Assembly: GCA_003344405.1 (NCBI GenBank)
Contig: NOWV01000012.1
Coordinates: 496,001-560,000, forward strand
DNA from: Trichoplax sp. H2
Lineage: Eukaryota
Reading direction: 5' to 3'
Length of the DNA stretch: 64,000 bases
Within the stretch, counting starts at the first letter, position 1. The number at the start of each line of letters is the position of its first letter. Shown in pieces: positions 52,928 through 64,000 of the stretch. Position numbers and translations under genes: made by a program. The notes below the pieces were generated by a model. The model made no database searches. It saw nothing but the letters and a program-made list of their open reading frames with translations, and was not told where the DNA came from.

Positions 52928-53431
52928 CATCTTATCTCACCTGTCCCAATGAAAGATTGATTGTACTGTACTGTACAGTACTGTACACTGTACACTGTAC
53001 AGTACGTCATTACCATGACGTGTGAACGGACCGGACTGGACTGTGCCGAGGGTTAACTGCCGGTACGGTCACGGACTGGCGAGACAAATACAGTACGATG
53101 AAATACCCAATTACAATACTGTACAGTACAGTACAGTAATTACACCAGTGCTGTACTGTACAGTACAGTGTACAGTACTGGTCTTCCAATGTACAAGTTT
53201 TCACTGTACGTCACGTCACGTCTATTGCAATATTACATGTGTTGCTAGTTGAGAGTCGACTCAGTTGAAGCATACGAAAGCGTCAAAACCTTGCCTTGCA
53301 GATGGATACAGCCATGGCTTCTGCTCCTTCCAATGTGCTATAATTCATTCATTAAAGCGAAATTTTCAATTCAGAACACTGTCAGTTAAGCCTAGGTGTA
53401 CACTTGCTAATTGTTAACACAGTCTATTGAG

Positions 53432-55767
53432 ATGGCACTGACTACACGTAGCGATAGAGGCAATCAAGAAAGCAATTCTGCTTGGTTCCCCGAGAGGAAA
53501 GACCCTGGCTTCATTCAAAAATTTTGCTGTAAAGTCATCAAGGCCGGTGAGATACCCAAACATGTCGCCTTTATCATGGATGGAAATAGAAGATATGCAT
53601 TGAAAATGAACTACTCGAGGATTATTGGTCATTCCATGGGATTCGATAAATTAGCAGAGGTATCTTGATTAATTCATTTTACTGTACGATACTGTATGAT
53701 AATATGAGCTGCAGGACGTGCCCCCCACTACCAGTACTACAGTACAGTACAGCAGTATCTTATTACTGCCTAGAATGTTCTTCACAGGTGACCATAAACA
53801 AGCTGGTGTGTATTATGAAACAGTAATAGCAAAATTAATTTAGTGTTGCTTATAGAATTGTATGCAATTGAAAATAGTCTATAACATGGATGGACTATAA
53901 CTGCATATGTGCTAATAGGATACATACTATACATTAGTCAAATGAAATATCGATTGCTTTATCATAATGTCCTATCACAAAATAATGATACCCCAACGTT
54001 GTAGACATTGGAATGGTGCTTAGATTTAGGCATCAAAGAAGTGACAGTATACGCTTTCAGCATTGAAAACTTTAAACGTTCCAAGAAGGAAGTGGAAGAT
54101 TTAATGAAATTAGCCAAAGGAAAATTTGACAGATTGTTACTGGAAAGGTAATCTTGGTATTGCTACATTGATCAATAATTGCAGCCAATTCCTTGCTAGG
54201 CTACTACAGCAGTTCGCTGTGTGTCAAGTCTGGACTTAGTCTATATTTGGATCTATTTTCTGATCAGAGATAAAATCGACAAGCATGGTATTTGTATTAG
54301 AATCTTTGGCGATATTAGTTTGCTACCTCCAGATGTCCAAGTTGCTGTTGCCAACACAGTTAAAATATCTCGGCATAATAACAGGTTCTACTCATACATT
54401 TGCAATTTTTTAGTAATGTACAATAGTTGAATATCAAATACAAGTATTTCTATTCAACCGAGGGCTAATTGACATTGACTGTTTATAGGGCGTTCTTAAA
54501 TGTATGCTTAGCTTATACTGCCAGAAATGAGATGACAAATGCTATGAAGGAATTAGCGATAGGAGTCGAAAATCAAATGTTACGACCGAGGTTAGTCTTT
54601 AGCCGTGTCCTGGATTTGTCCTAAATTCAATTCTTATTGTTATTGTCTATTAATGATTGATTGCCTATATGTCAATTGATAGCGATATTTGCGAAGATCT
54701 TTTGGAAAAATGCATGTATACTGGCGAAGCTACCCAACCAGATCTAATCATTAGGACATCTGGAGAAGTGCGATTAAGTGATTTCTTACTGTGGCAAGTA
54801 AGGCGTAATTTTATGTTACACGACGTTTAGGTTATTATCCCAAGCATCCATTTTATCTAGTTACCAAAATGAGACTAAAATCTTGACATTTACAACATCA
54901 TATTTCTTCAATGCAAGAGTGCCTATTCATGCTTGACCTTTCTTGATGTATATTGGCCCGAATTTACGATTTGGAATTTTTTATGGTGTATTATACGATT
55001 TCAATTAAGTTACCAAAAGATTAAGGTAAGGAATACTTTAAATTATCTCGTAATTATCCTTTTATCTTCTTATGATGCCGCAATAGCTAAAAAGTTTCAA
55101 CTTATTGAACATTGTTGATAAATAATATAATTGGTAGGACGGCAAACAATATAACAATCAAATGAAGGAACATTTACAACATGTATCAGACAAGGAGAAT
55201 GCCTTAAAAGAAGCTTGTAAGTATTATCAAAGATCCATAGGTGGATGCTGATTATTGTTTCAGCAAATTATGAGAACATCTACAGTTATACTTGATGCTG
55301 AAAAGCTAGTAGAGTGGTAGTAAATTTACCAACATATCTATCAATCTTATTAAACGTGGTTATAATTACTTTCATTGGCTATTTAACTTTAAAATATTAT
55401 GATTACATCGTTAGTTAAATCGTCATTAAAAATTTTTCTATTCCATGGTGAAAGAAACCTTTTATTAATTGATGGTTTCTTGATCTATAATTTTGTTTAT
55501 TAGCCGCTAGCTGGCAGAATATTCTAAATACTTTTTTTTTTTTAATATAGTAAGCTATTTAAAATAATTACAAAATATCAAATTCCACTATTATGACATA
55601 TTATAACTACTGTAATAAATTTAGGTATGGCGGGAGAAGTAAATACGAACATGGATGATATCATCAAGCGATATAGGCAAGAACGTGAGAAGCGAGTTAA
55701 TAAATTCATAAATTATTTGCACAATAAAAGATTGGAATTTGTGAATGCATTAAGCAATCTTGATTAG
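53432..55767 (+). CDS. DHDDS: Dehydrodolichyl diphosphate synthase (cis-prenyltransferase), multi-exon
   Basis: [63 protein letters not shown]; stop at 55765-55767. Confidence 0.95.
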
Positions 55768-57331
55768 TACAATAATTGTTATAAAGAGTTTATAAGCAGA
55801 ATATGAATTATCTTGTATATTGTACAAAAATAAAAGTTAATCATCTGATGATGAATATTACTATCGATCAATTTATAAGCGCTACTGTAATTTTTAATAG
55901 TAAGCTGTCAAGTTGCTATATCTGCAATATGAATCATTTACTGTCTTAGAGTCTTCTTTTGGTGTTAGAATACTTGCAGAAACTTTACGAAAGATATCCA
56001 ATGAAATTATTGAACCCCTTGATAGGTTACTAAAAGGTATCCCCATTCCGGCTACCTCAAAGTCATTGTTTTATAACATAGTCAAAATTTTTGTCAATTT
56101 CCTATATATTTTATACTATGACTTGTTATGCGCTCCTTGCATTGTTAGCTTACTTTACTTGAGATTGTCGATGTGTAAAAAATTTTGAGAAATAAAGCAA
56201 TCCGCTTGAAGGTGCACGTGTATTGCAATTATTGGAACTTGAATCCAGAATTATCGTAATAAAATGTAATTCAGAGATGATAATTTCATGATAATTCTTA
56301 TGGTAGGCAACAATAATTCGGACAATACCGCTCTTATCAGTACTTTTATTGCAAACTTACTTAAGTTGTAATTTGGCTAGCTAAAACGAGTACGATGGCC
56401 AAAGGTAGAAGCAAATCTACAGAATTCCATCAGCTACTTACTCTTTTTTATTTCAATTTCCTTGTTGGTACTGTAGTACTATATAACGGTAGAGCTTATA
56501 AATTAATTTAATTTTATTGATAACTTGACGCAACTGCCAATTTCAGTGGCATTGTTATGGTCCATGCCCGAAATACTTATAAGTTATGTATTTATTGCAA
56601 AAGAGTACTCCCGCAAGGAGCAAAATGAGAGGCTTTTTTGTCTCAATATCTACTTAGAGAATTAAGTCATCTAAAAGCAAGTCGAAACGACATAGTTTAA
56701 GTAGAGAATAATAGATTTCATGAATACCATTATATATTAATTAATTTTTAATGTTCTATTTGCAATGATGAAATCAAACTAGTGAGATTACATTTAAATC
56801 AGGGCTAACAGGTGTAAATACATATCAACCACCATCTATAGTATTTTATTCGAGATTTATTTATCTATTTAATCTACGTTCCCAATAAGGAAATTAACTT
56901 CTGATAGATAGGAACAGTTTAAAACTAAGGCTCATTTAATCCCGTAGCAGTAATCAATTAAACTCTTTAATAAAGTCGCTCCATACTTGGTAAATGGAAG
57001 TCTTTCCAATGAATTATGAGGTTAACTAGTCATGGAACTAAGTTTATGATATTTATAATACATGGTTAATATCACTGTATTTAAAGGTAAAGTATCATCT
57101 TTTTAGAATGCTTTTGTATATGTATAATAATATCAAGCGGCCTTGATTGCTCTTCAGAGCGTATGAAAAGAATATAATCATAATTTAGCACCTCGACCAA
57201 GAGTGATATTAAAGTCATAAATTACTGTACCGTTTCAGATTCATGTATATAAGTGTAAAATAGAATAAATCTATACAATGAAATATAAGACAGCAGAAGC
57301 TAATATTTTAGAGAGTTTACAAATGATTCTA

Positions 57332-60300
57332 CTAAGTAGAACCTCCTTCTAGCTCTAGCATATCTTCTATTTCTTCCTCAAGAACTAAATGATCTTCGTT
57401 CATTTCATTGACCACTTCATATTCCTTTATATAATAAATTAGCATAAGTTAACGACTAAAACTGCTATCTCTACTTCTATAAAATGTAGAAAAGTGTAAG
57501 TCACCTCCAGCTCTTTCTGTAATTCTATTTCCCAATCTTGTAGTTTTTCTGCTTCACTAGTAGTTACTTTTTCCTTAGATTCATCCTCGGTAACGTTTTT
57601 CGTATCTGTACTGTTATTTTCGTTCGTATCATTAGTTTCATTTGTCTCTTTCTTTAGTATTCCTAACTGGTGCATTTCATCTGCTAAATCTGCATGACTT
57701 AATTCCGCTAGACGTAGTATTATACAATTACAATATCAAACAGCAAGGTAAGTTACAAAGCAAAGAAGTAGTTACAGAGTTAAACTGGAAATGGTGCTGT
57801 ATTATCTCACTTTGAAAATTCATACCATTTGTATAAGCTTCACTAACAAATTCGTTAGTTAATAAGGACTGATCTTGTAATGATGTATCTTGATTCTCAG
57901 TTTCGCTGTTTTGAATCTACAAAAATGCATATTTTAATACTGGTAGCTCAAGAGTGAAGCTTAATAAGATCTAATCATGGATAGATTCTCACCGAGTCAT
58001 TATTTTCCACCTTGGTATTCGGAGTTGTCGCAGTATCGCGAGGAGAATCCCGTACACTGTCAACTAAGATACGAACAAATTTAAGTTTATACTCATATAA
58101 CGGTATTGGTTGTATCCGACTAGCAGGATTTTAGCAAAGCTATCAAATTATGCCAAATTAAGTATTCACTAACCATCACTAGCACTTTCGGACAAAGATG
58201 ATTGCTTGTTAGTACTTTCAGGTGTTCCAGTTGTGTTCGCTAGTAATTTTGTAAATAATGGAGAATTTAGCATGCAATCATGTATTTTTGTGTTATGATG
58301 CCATCACATAAAAGCGTGTTAGACAAGTTAGGATGAATGTGTCAGAGGTTTTTTTATAAGAATAGATAATAGTGAGCACTGCAAAAGAAATAGTCCCTGC
58401 TGATAGAAATACGCTTGATTGCAATAGTAACGCAATAGTTACGCTGATGTTATTAAATCGATTTATACCTTCAGCCATAGAGCTCAGTTGTATAGATTGT
58501 TTTATAAGAGAAACTCGATAAAAGTAGTTACGCCAAAATTCTTCCTCTTTAACGCTTCAATTTGTGCATTAGAAATAGAACTAAATTAAGTAAAGGTCAT
58601 TTCCTAATTTATTATAGTAGTGTGTAAGACAGCTTACAGTTTAGGTACTAGCTCAAAACGCATATTCATGAGATTTCCATCTTCTTCTAATGTCACCATT
58701 GCTACAGGATAGTAGATAGCAGCATCAAAGCGAAACTCAGCTCCAGATGGAGGGCTTCTCAAGAAATTTCTTCTGTCCTAGATTATTGCAGTATTTGTCC
58801 CAATTTTAAATATCGTTTATTACAGAACGGCGTTATTCAATGCAACAAGAAGATGCAATAAAAAATCTTTTGCAAGCATTGTGCTGTTCACTTTAAGAAA
58901 ATCCGAGCACATTTTGGCGCAAATATGATGACGTTACTATCATTCAATTACCTTTGACAATGCTAAGATTCTAGTTTTCATAGCCTCTTCTTCATTATAG
59001 CCTACCCACGGAGGTACGGCCGCTTCACCTACCAGTTAGTAGCATGTTAGTAATTTATCAGGGTAAGGTAAGCAAGATTGGAATAAAGTTGAGTATATCT
59101 ACTATGTATCCTCTGTACTTTACACACCAATTCGATTTGCTTGTTTACTCTCGATAAATTGTTTTTGTTCTCGCATGAAAGATCCAATGACCGTCTTGTT
59201 TTAAAAATTGTAATACAATTTATTGTTAGGTAGTGTGTATTGATTAATTTGTACACCTACTTTATCAAATTTCGATAACTATGACCCTAAGCTATCTACT
59301 TTGATACTGTATAAGTCTGTGTTATTGTAGAAGCATCTTTACAATAAGGTTCAGTATTTTAGATGATAATGAGATAATAAAATTTGTAAGAATACTGCAA
59401 TATGTTGCAGTTCAGATAATTCTAATTTGAAGAAAGCGTGTGTATGGCTGGCTTATTAAGTGCACATAATTGTAAAACGTTAGTGGTTGCATGTAAATTA
59501 AATAGCGGTAATTATAAATCGTTCGTAGTCTACGCATTAACATATAGAAATTATCAATTTGAAATCGTGTCGTACAAACTGAATGCTTTCTTTTTAATCA
59601 CTTTACACTATCTCAACTTTAATTATTGGCATAATAAATAATAATAATAATAATGAATTTGCTATTACGGTAACTTGGGGATGGCAATATGCACAGTTGC
59701 TATATATGCTTACCTTCTCTTCCACTGTATCCTTTAGTTTAGAGGCAACCGTAACTGTTCTACTTGCAACATCGCTTGTGACATTTTTAACATTGGCGAT
59801 AAAAGCTAGTAAGGAAAATATTGATAGTTAACAGTCACGTATAATACCGTATAGTGAATAATAAATAGACATTTGAGGTCTCGACTATTGCTTGGAAGCA
59901 GATGTAGGTAAATATCAGCAAGCTGTTCAATCGTGATTTTAGATTGAATACATTGAGTGATATCTCAATCGGGTGCTCTCAATATCGCTGTAGTAAGTGT
60001 AACAAGTCCGATTAGAATAGCTACCTTGGCGTTACACCACAGTATATCGGAGAGATGATGTATTTCTACTACAATACTGTATGAAAAAGTCATCTTTGCA
60101 GTGGCAATCCTATAGTGGAATAATTTCGAAACTATCCAACACTAGAAAATTACGTACAGTACTGTATAGTATATCCCATAATCACTGGATCGATTACTTG
60201 ATTGCATTTCTACAAGACAGAGTAAAAGATGTATTGTATCTACCATCTTATTAACGTCTCTGCTGGTGTTGTTTAGCCGCTACTCATCACTCTTACGTAA

Positions 60301-61103
60301 ATCGCCATTATGATGATATTGATGAGCGATACCTTAACTGTCGATCCCTACATCAAGTTAATGAGATTACTCAAGCGTGAACAAGGAGATTATGAATGGG
60401 TAAAGGGAAAAACGTAACGTAAGATATATTTTGGAATAAATGTTATCATCTTTTTGCTCTAGCTAAAGAGAATAGTCGACGCATCCCTTATAATTAATTA
60501 TTCAATACGACAAGACGATCAGTCGGATATAGTTGACACTAGACAGTACAGGATATCGTAGAATTGGTACAAGTACGGATAGTGGTTTCTGCAGGATGTT
60601 GTGACCTTTACTGAAAGTTTCCTATATCGTAATTATAAGAAACTAATATCGCCTACGATAGAAAGAATAACTACTACAGTGCGTAATACTTTCTATATCG
60701 CTAGTAAATTATGTTCCTAATTCATTCAATAGTATCCTAGTGTAGAGTAGTGTAGTTACGGTGGAGTAGAAAGTAGATTCAGTAATGCTACGTGTACTGT
60801 GGGTTATTTTGCAATTGAAGTACTTGTTGACACCACAGTCAAGACTGATCTTTTTTCGCTACTATAAGAAGATGAAAATAGGTACTTACATCCCCAATTG
60901 AAAGGAGTTGAAGGATTTTTATCGGTTGTATCTTTGTCATCATCATTGGTAATTTGGTCATTTTGATGGTCATCTTGATTATGATCAGGTTGTTTCTCGT
61001 CTTTGCTGGTTGATTCTACATCCTTGTCGCTTTGATGGTCGGTATTTGTATCTTGGTTTGCTTCGTCTGACTGAGAATAAAACCAATTCTTCAAGTTTAA
61101 CAT
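57332..61103 (-). CDS. SYAP1: Synapse-associated protein 1 (BSD domain), multi-exon
   Basis: Start MLNLKNWF at 61103; [63 protein letters not shown] (BSD domain); [11 protein letters not shown]; stop at 57332-57334. Confidence 0.92.
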
Positions 61104-61329
61104 TGAGTGATACTTTAATTTACATGGAATAAGAAGTAAGACTATCCTAATTTCAATCACTTTCTCCAAGTAGTTACTTGATATTGTTGACAAAAAAAAA
61201 ATGCAATTGAGCAAACCCACAATCGAGATCGATTCCTCACCATCAAGATGTGTAAGTACTGTACTGTACTGTACTGTACAGTACAGTACTGTAGTCGAGT
61301 GACGAACTGTACACTGTACACTGTACAGT

Positions 61330-62205
61330 ACTGCATCTTTTTTCTTTCTGTTGGGAATGTCTCTCTGTCTGCTCTGTCCATACCTCAATCGGATACAGTG
61401 TACTGTACTGTACTACTTCTTTTTTCCTTTCTTTTGGGAATGTCTCTCTGTCTGCTCTGTCCACACCACAATAGGATACAGTGTACAGTGTACAGTACAG
61501 ACAGTACACTTGTCCAGCTGTACTGTACACTGTACACTGTACTGCATCTTTTTTTCTTTCTTTTGGGGTGTCATTCCGTCTGCTCTGTCCATACCTCAAT
61601 AGGATTCAGTACACTTGTCCAGCTGAACTGTACAGTACACTGTACTGCATCTCTTTTTCTTTCTTTCTTTTGGGAATGTCTCTCTGTCTGCTCTGTCCAT
61701 ACCTCAATAGGATACAGTGTACAGTACTGGACACTTGTCCAACTGAACTGTACAGTACACTGTACTGTACACTCACTACTGCATCATTTTTTCTTTCTTT
61801 TGGGAATGTCTCCCTGTCTGCTCTGTCCATACCTCAATAGGATACAGTGTACAGTACTGTACAGTACACTTGTCCAACTGAACTGTACAGTACACTGTAC
61901 TGTACTGTACTGTACAGTACATTCACTACTGCATCTTTTTTTCTTTCGTTTGGGAATGTCTCTCTGTCTTCTCTGTCCATACCTCAATAGGATACAGTAC
62001 TGCATCTTTTTTCCTTTCTTTTCGGAAGATCCTCCTGTCTGTTCTGTCCGTACCTCAATAGGATACAGTGTACAGTGTACAGTACAATACACTTGTCCAG
62101 CTGTACACTGTACTGTACAGTACTACACACTACTGCATCTTTTTTTCTTTCTTTTGGGAATGTCTCTCTGTCTGTCCTGCCCATACCTCAATAGGATACA
62201 GTGTA
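61330..62205. repeat. ~8-copy minisatellite: conserved ~65-bp core separated by variable TACAG/CTGTA tracts
   Basis: Core gcatcttttttctttcttttgggaatgtctctctgtctgctctgtccatacctcaataggatacag recurs, with ggatacag-like ends at ~61391, 61474, 61602, 61710, 61839, 61989, 62061 and 62194. Confidence 0.9.
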
Positions 62206-62589
62206 CTCTTTACAGTGCACAGTGTACAGTCAATCTGCTTCAGTACAGATCAAACGACTTTTACATACTGTATGACCATTGAGATGCAAATGGCCTTACC
62301 TCCAAGCACCTTGCAAAGGTTTGCAAGCACATAAACCATCTAGATATTCAACAGCCTGCGAATGAAGAAAAAGTGAAATCAGCTAAAAGCCTACTGTTTA
62401 TTGGTATAATAAGCTTCATATCCAGGAAAAGACAGGAATAATACTCTTTTCAACGTGGATGGAATGAAATGAACTCGATGTAAACGTGTTTGCAGCGAAG
62501 AGGAATTTTCACTTCGATTGATTAAATTATAGAACAAATTAAGTCGTTGCAGAACTTTGACGTAGATAGCAAATTAGTTGACATCAAGA

Positions 62590-64000
62590 ATGTCCCTTTC
62601 TCTGCCAAGTAAGTACGCATATCATAGAATCTACACGCCGTATCGATCGCTGCCATCACTACTGTTCTATCAAGGTGCTAGGAACGTGATGATAAAATTG
62701 CGTCATTCTTGCCTTTATTCTACCACGACGTGGCTAAAGCATGACCACCTTGACCCAAGAATATCCAAAGCAATTATCCAACGTATATTTAGCGGACGTT
62801 TATATAGTCGCAAGACTGCAAGCGCATCATACGAAAATGATGATGATAATCTGGATTATATACCACTTGGTAATCAACCTCTAATCAACCTCTGACCGAT
62901 CGAGAGAAGACATTACTTAAGCGAAAAATTATCGATCAAGATGCTGAACGACTAGCAAATACATCATTTCATCATCTTGGAATATTGAATGGTGTTTCAA
63001 ATCAATTGAAAAAGATACAACTAATAAAACCAACTCCAATTCAATGTCTAGCAATACCACCGATATTAAATAGATATGATGCCATCATTGAATCACATAG
63101 CGGAACTGGCAAAACATTTGCTTTTCTATTACCATCTATACAAGATTCTAAACAACCTTTCTCAACAGTTATTATCGTACCAACACGTGAGCTCGCCATG
63201 CAAATTGTCTATAACGCTAATCGTATTGAAACTTTATGTAATATAAATGAAAAATATCATACTCGTGCAATTGTTTCTAGCTCAAACGATCATAAATTAA
63301 ATCATAATACGTTAAGATCGATGAAGTCGCGTATTATTGTCGGTACTGGTAAAAAATTAAAAGAAATTATAGAAGATCCTGATAATGAATCACTTTTTCG
63401 CAATGTACACAGAGTGATTATTGATGAAGTCGATCGCGTTCTACTACCCTTGAAAAAACATGGTCATCATAAGAAAAGAATGATGCGATTTAGACACCGA
63501 AAAGCTGCTGACATAGCTTGTGAATTACTACAAATAAAAAGTTCTAGTCCAAGGAAATTTCAGTTAATTTGCGCGTCTGCAACTGTTGTACCTGAATTAA
63601 TTGATGATTTACAAAGATTAGGATGGGATGAAAATACTAAATATTTAAGCTATGGTTTAGCTTCTACTGATAGTACAACAGTTAAGCATCAATTTTTAGA
63701 ATTTGAATGCAACGACGATAATCTCGAACATAGTAAATTAATGACTGTCGTTCGCCTTTTAAACCAGAAAAAGAGTCCTAAGCCTGCTCTTCTTATTGTT
63801 CATCGTAGTAATTCCGTGATAGCTTGTGTACAACAGCTCATAGAATATAATATTAATGCTGTTGCATTATATGAGAAAACAATGGATAATAACCAAGCGG
63901 ATTATGGCCAATTGGTAGATGATTTAAATCGTGGCAAGATTGATATCTTGGTTACTAATGAAGAAAGTGTTCGCGGACTCGATTTTATGTGTTTAAAAAA
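62590..64000 (+). CDS. Intronless DEAD-box (DEVD) RNA helicase with a putative mitochondrial presequence; frameshifted as assembled; 3' end outside the window
   Basis: Open frame from ~62874 to the window end carries a Q motif (PTPIQ), SHSGTGKT, PTRELA, DEVD, SAT and VTNEESVRGLDF. The upstream frame from ATG 62590 joins it in frame if one copy of the 11-bp duplication at 62871-62892 is removed. Confidence 0.85.

Noticed and set aside
61330-62205. CRISPR-like repeat-spacer array
   Set aside because: The context is eukaryotic, the core is too long, the spacers are low-complexity and related to each other, and there are no cas genes.

Overview
This is AT-rich eukaryotic (animal) genomic DNA with compact genes split by many short introns. 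The architecture and gene set suggest a non-bilaterian animal, probably a placozoan (inference). Nine protein-coding loci are recognisable: PPP1R21 (-), an intronless class III POU gene (+), RPS4 (+), CCT8 (+), PICALM/SNAP91 (-), BRWD/PHIP (-), DHDDS (+), SYAP1 (-), and an intronless DEAD-box helicase (+) that is frameshifted by an 11-bp duplication and runs off the window end. The strongest signal is dense TACAGTA/TACTGTA/TACAGTGTA/TACACTGTA patches upstream of essentially every gene. Locally duplicated copies show these patches differ by 5- and 7-bp indels at TA dinucleotides, matching Tc1/mariner excision footprints. Other notable signals are eleven symmetric phase-2 exons that lengthen the PPP1R21 coiled coil, a composite octamer/MORE site upstream of the POU gene, and a probable haplotype duplication around a 20-N gap. 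All exon boundaries were read by eye and homologies are from recall, not database searches.
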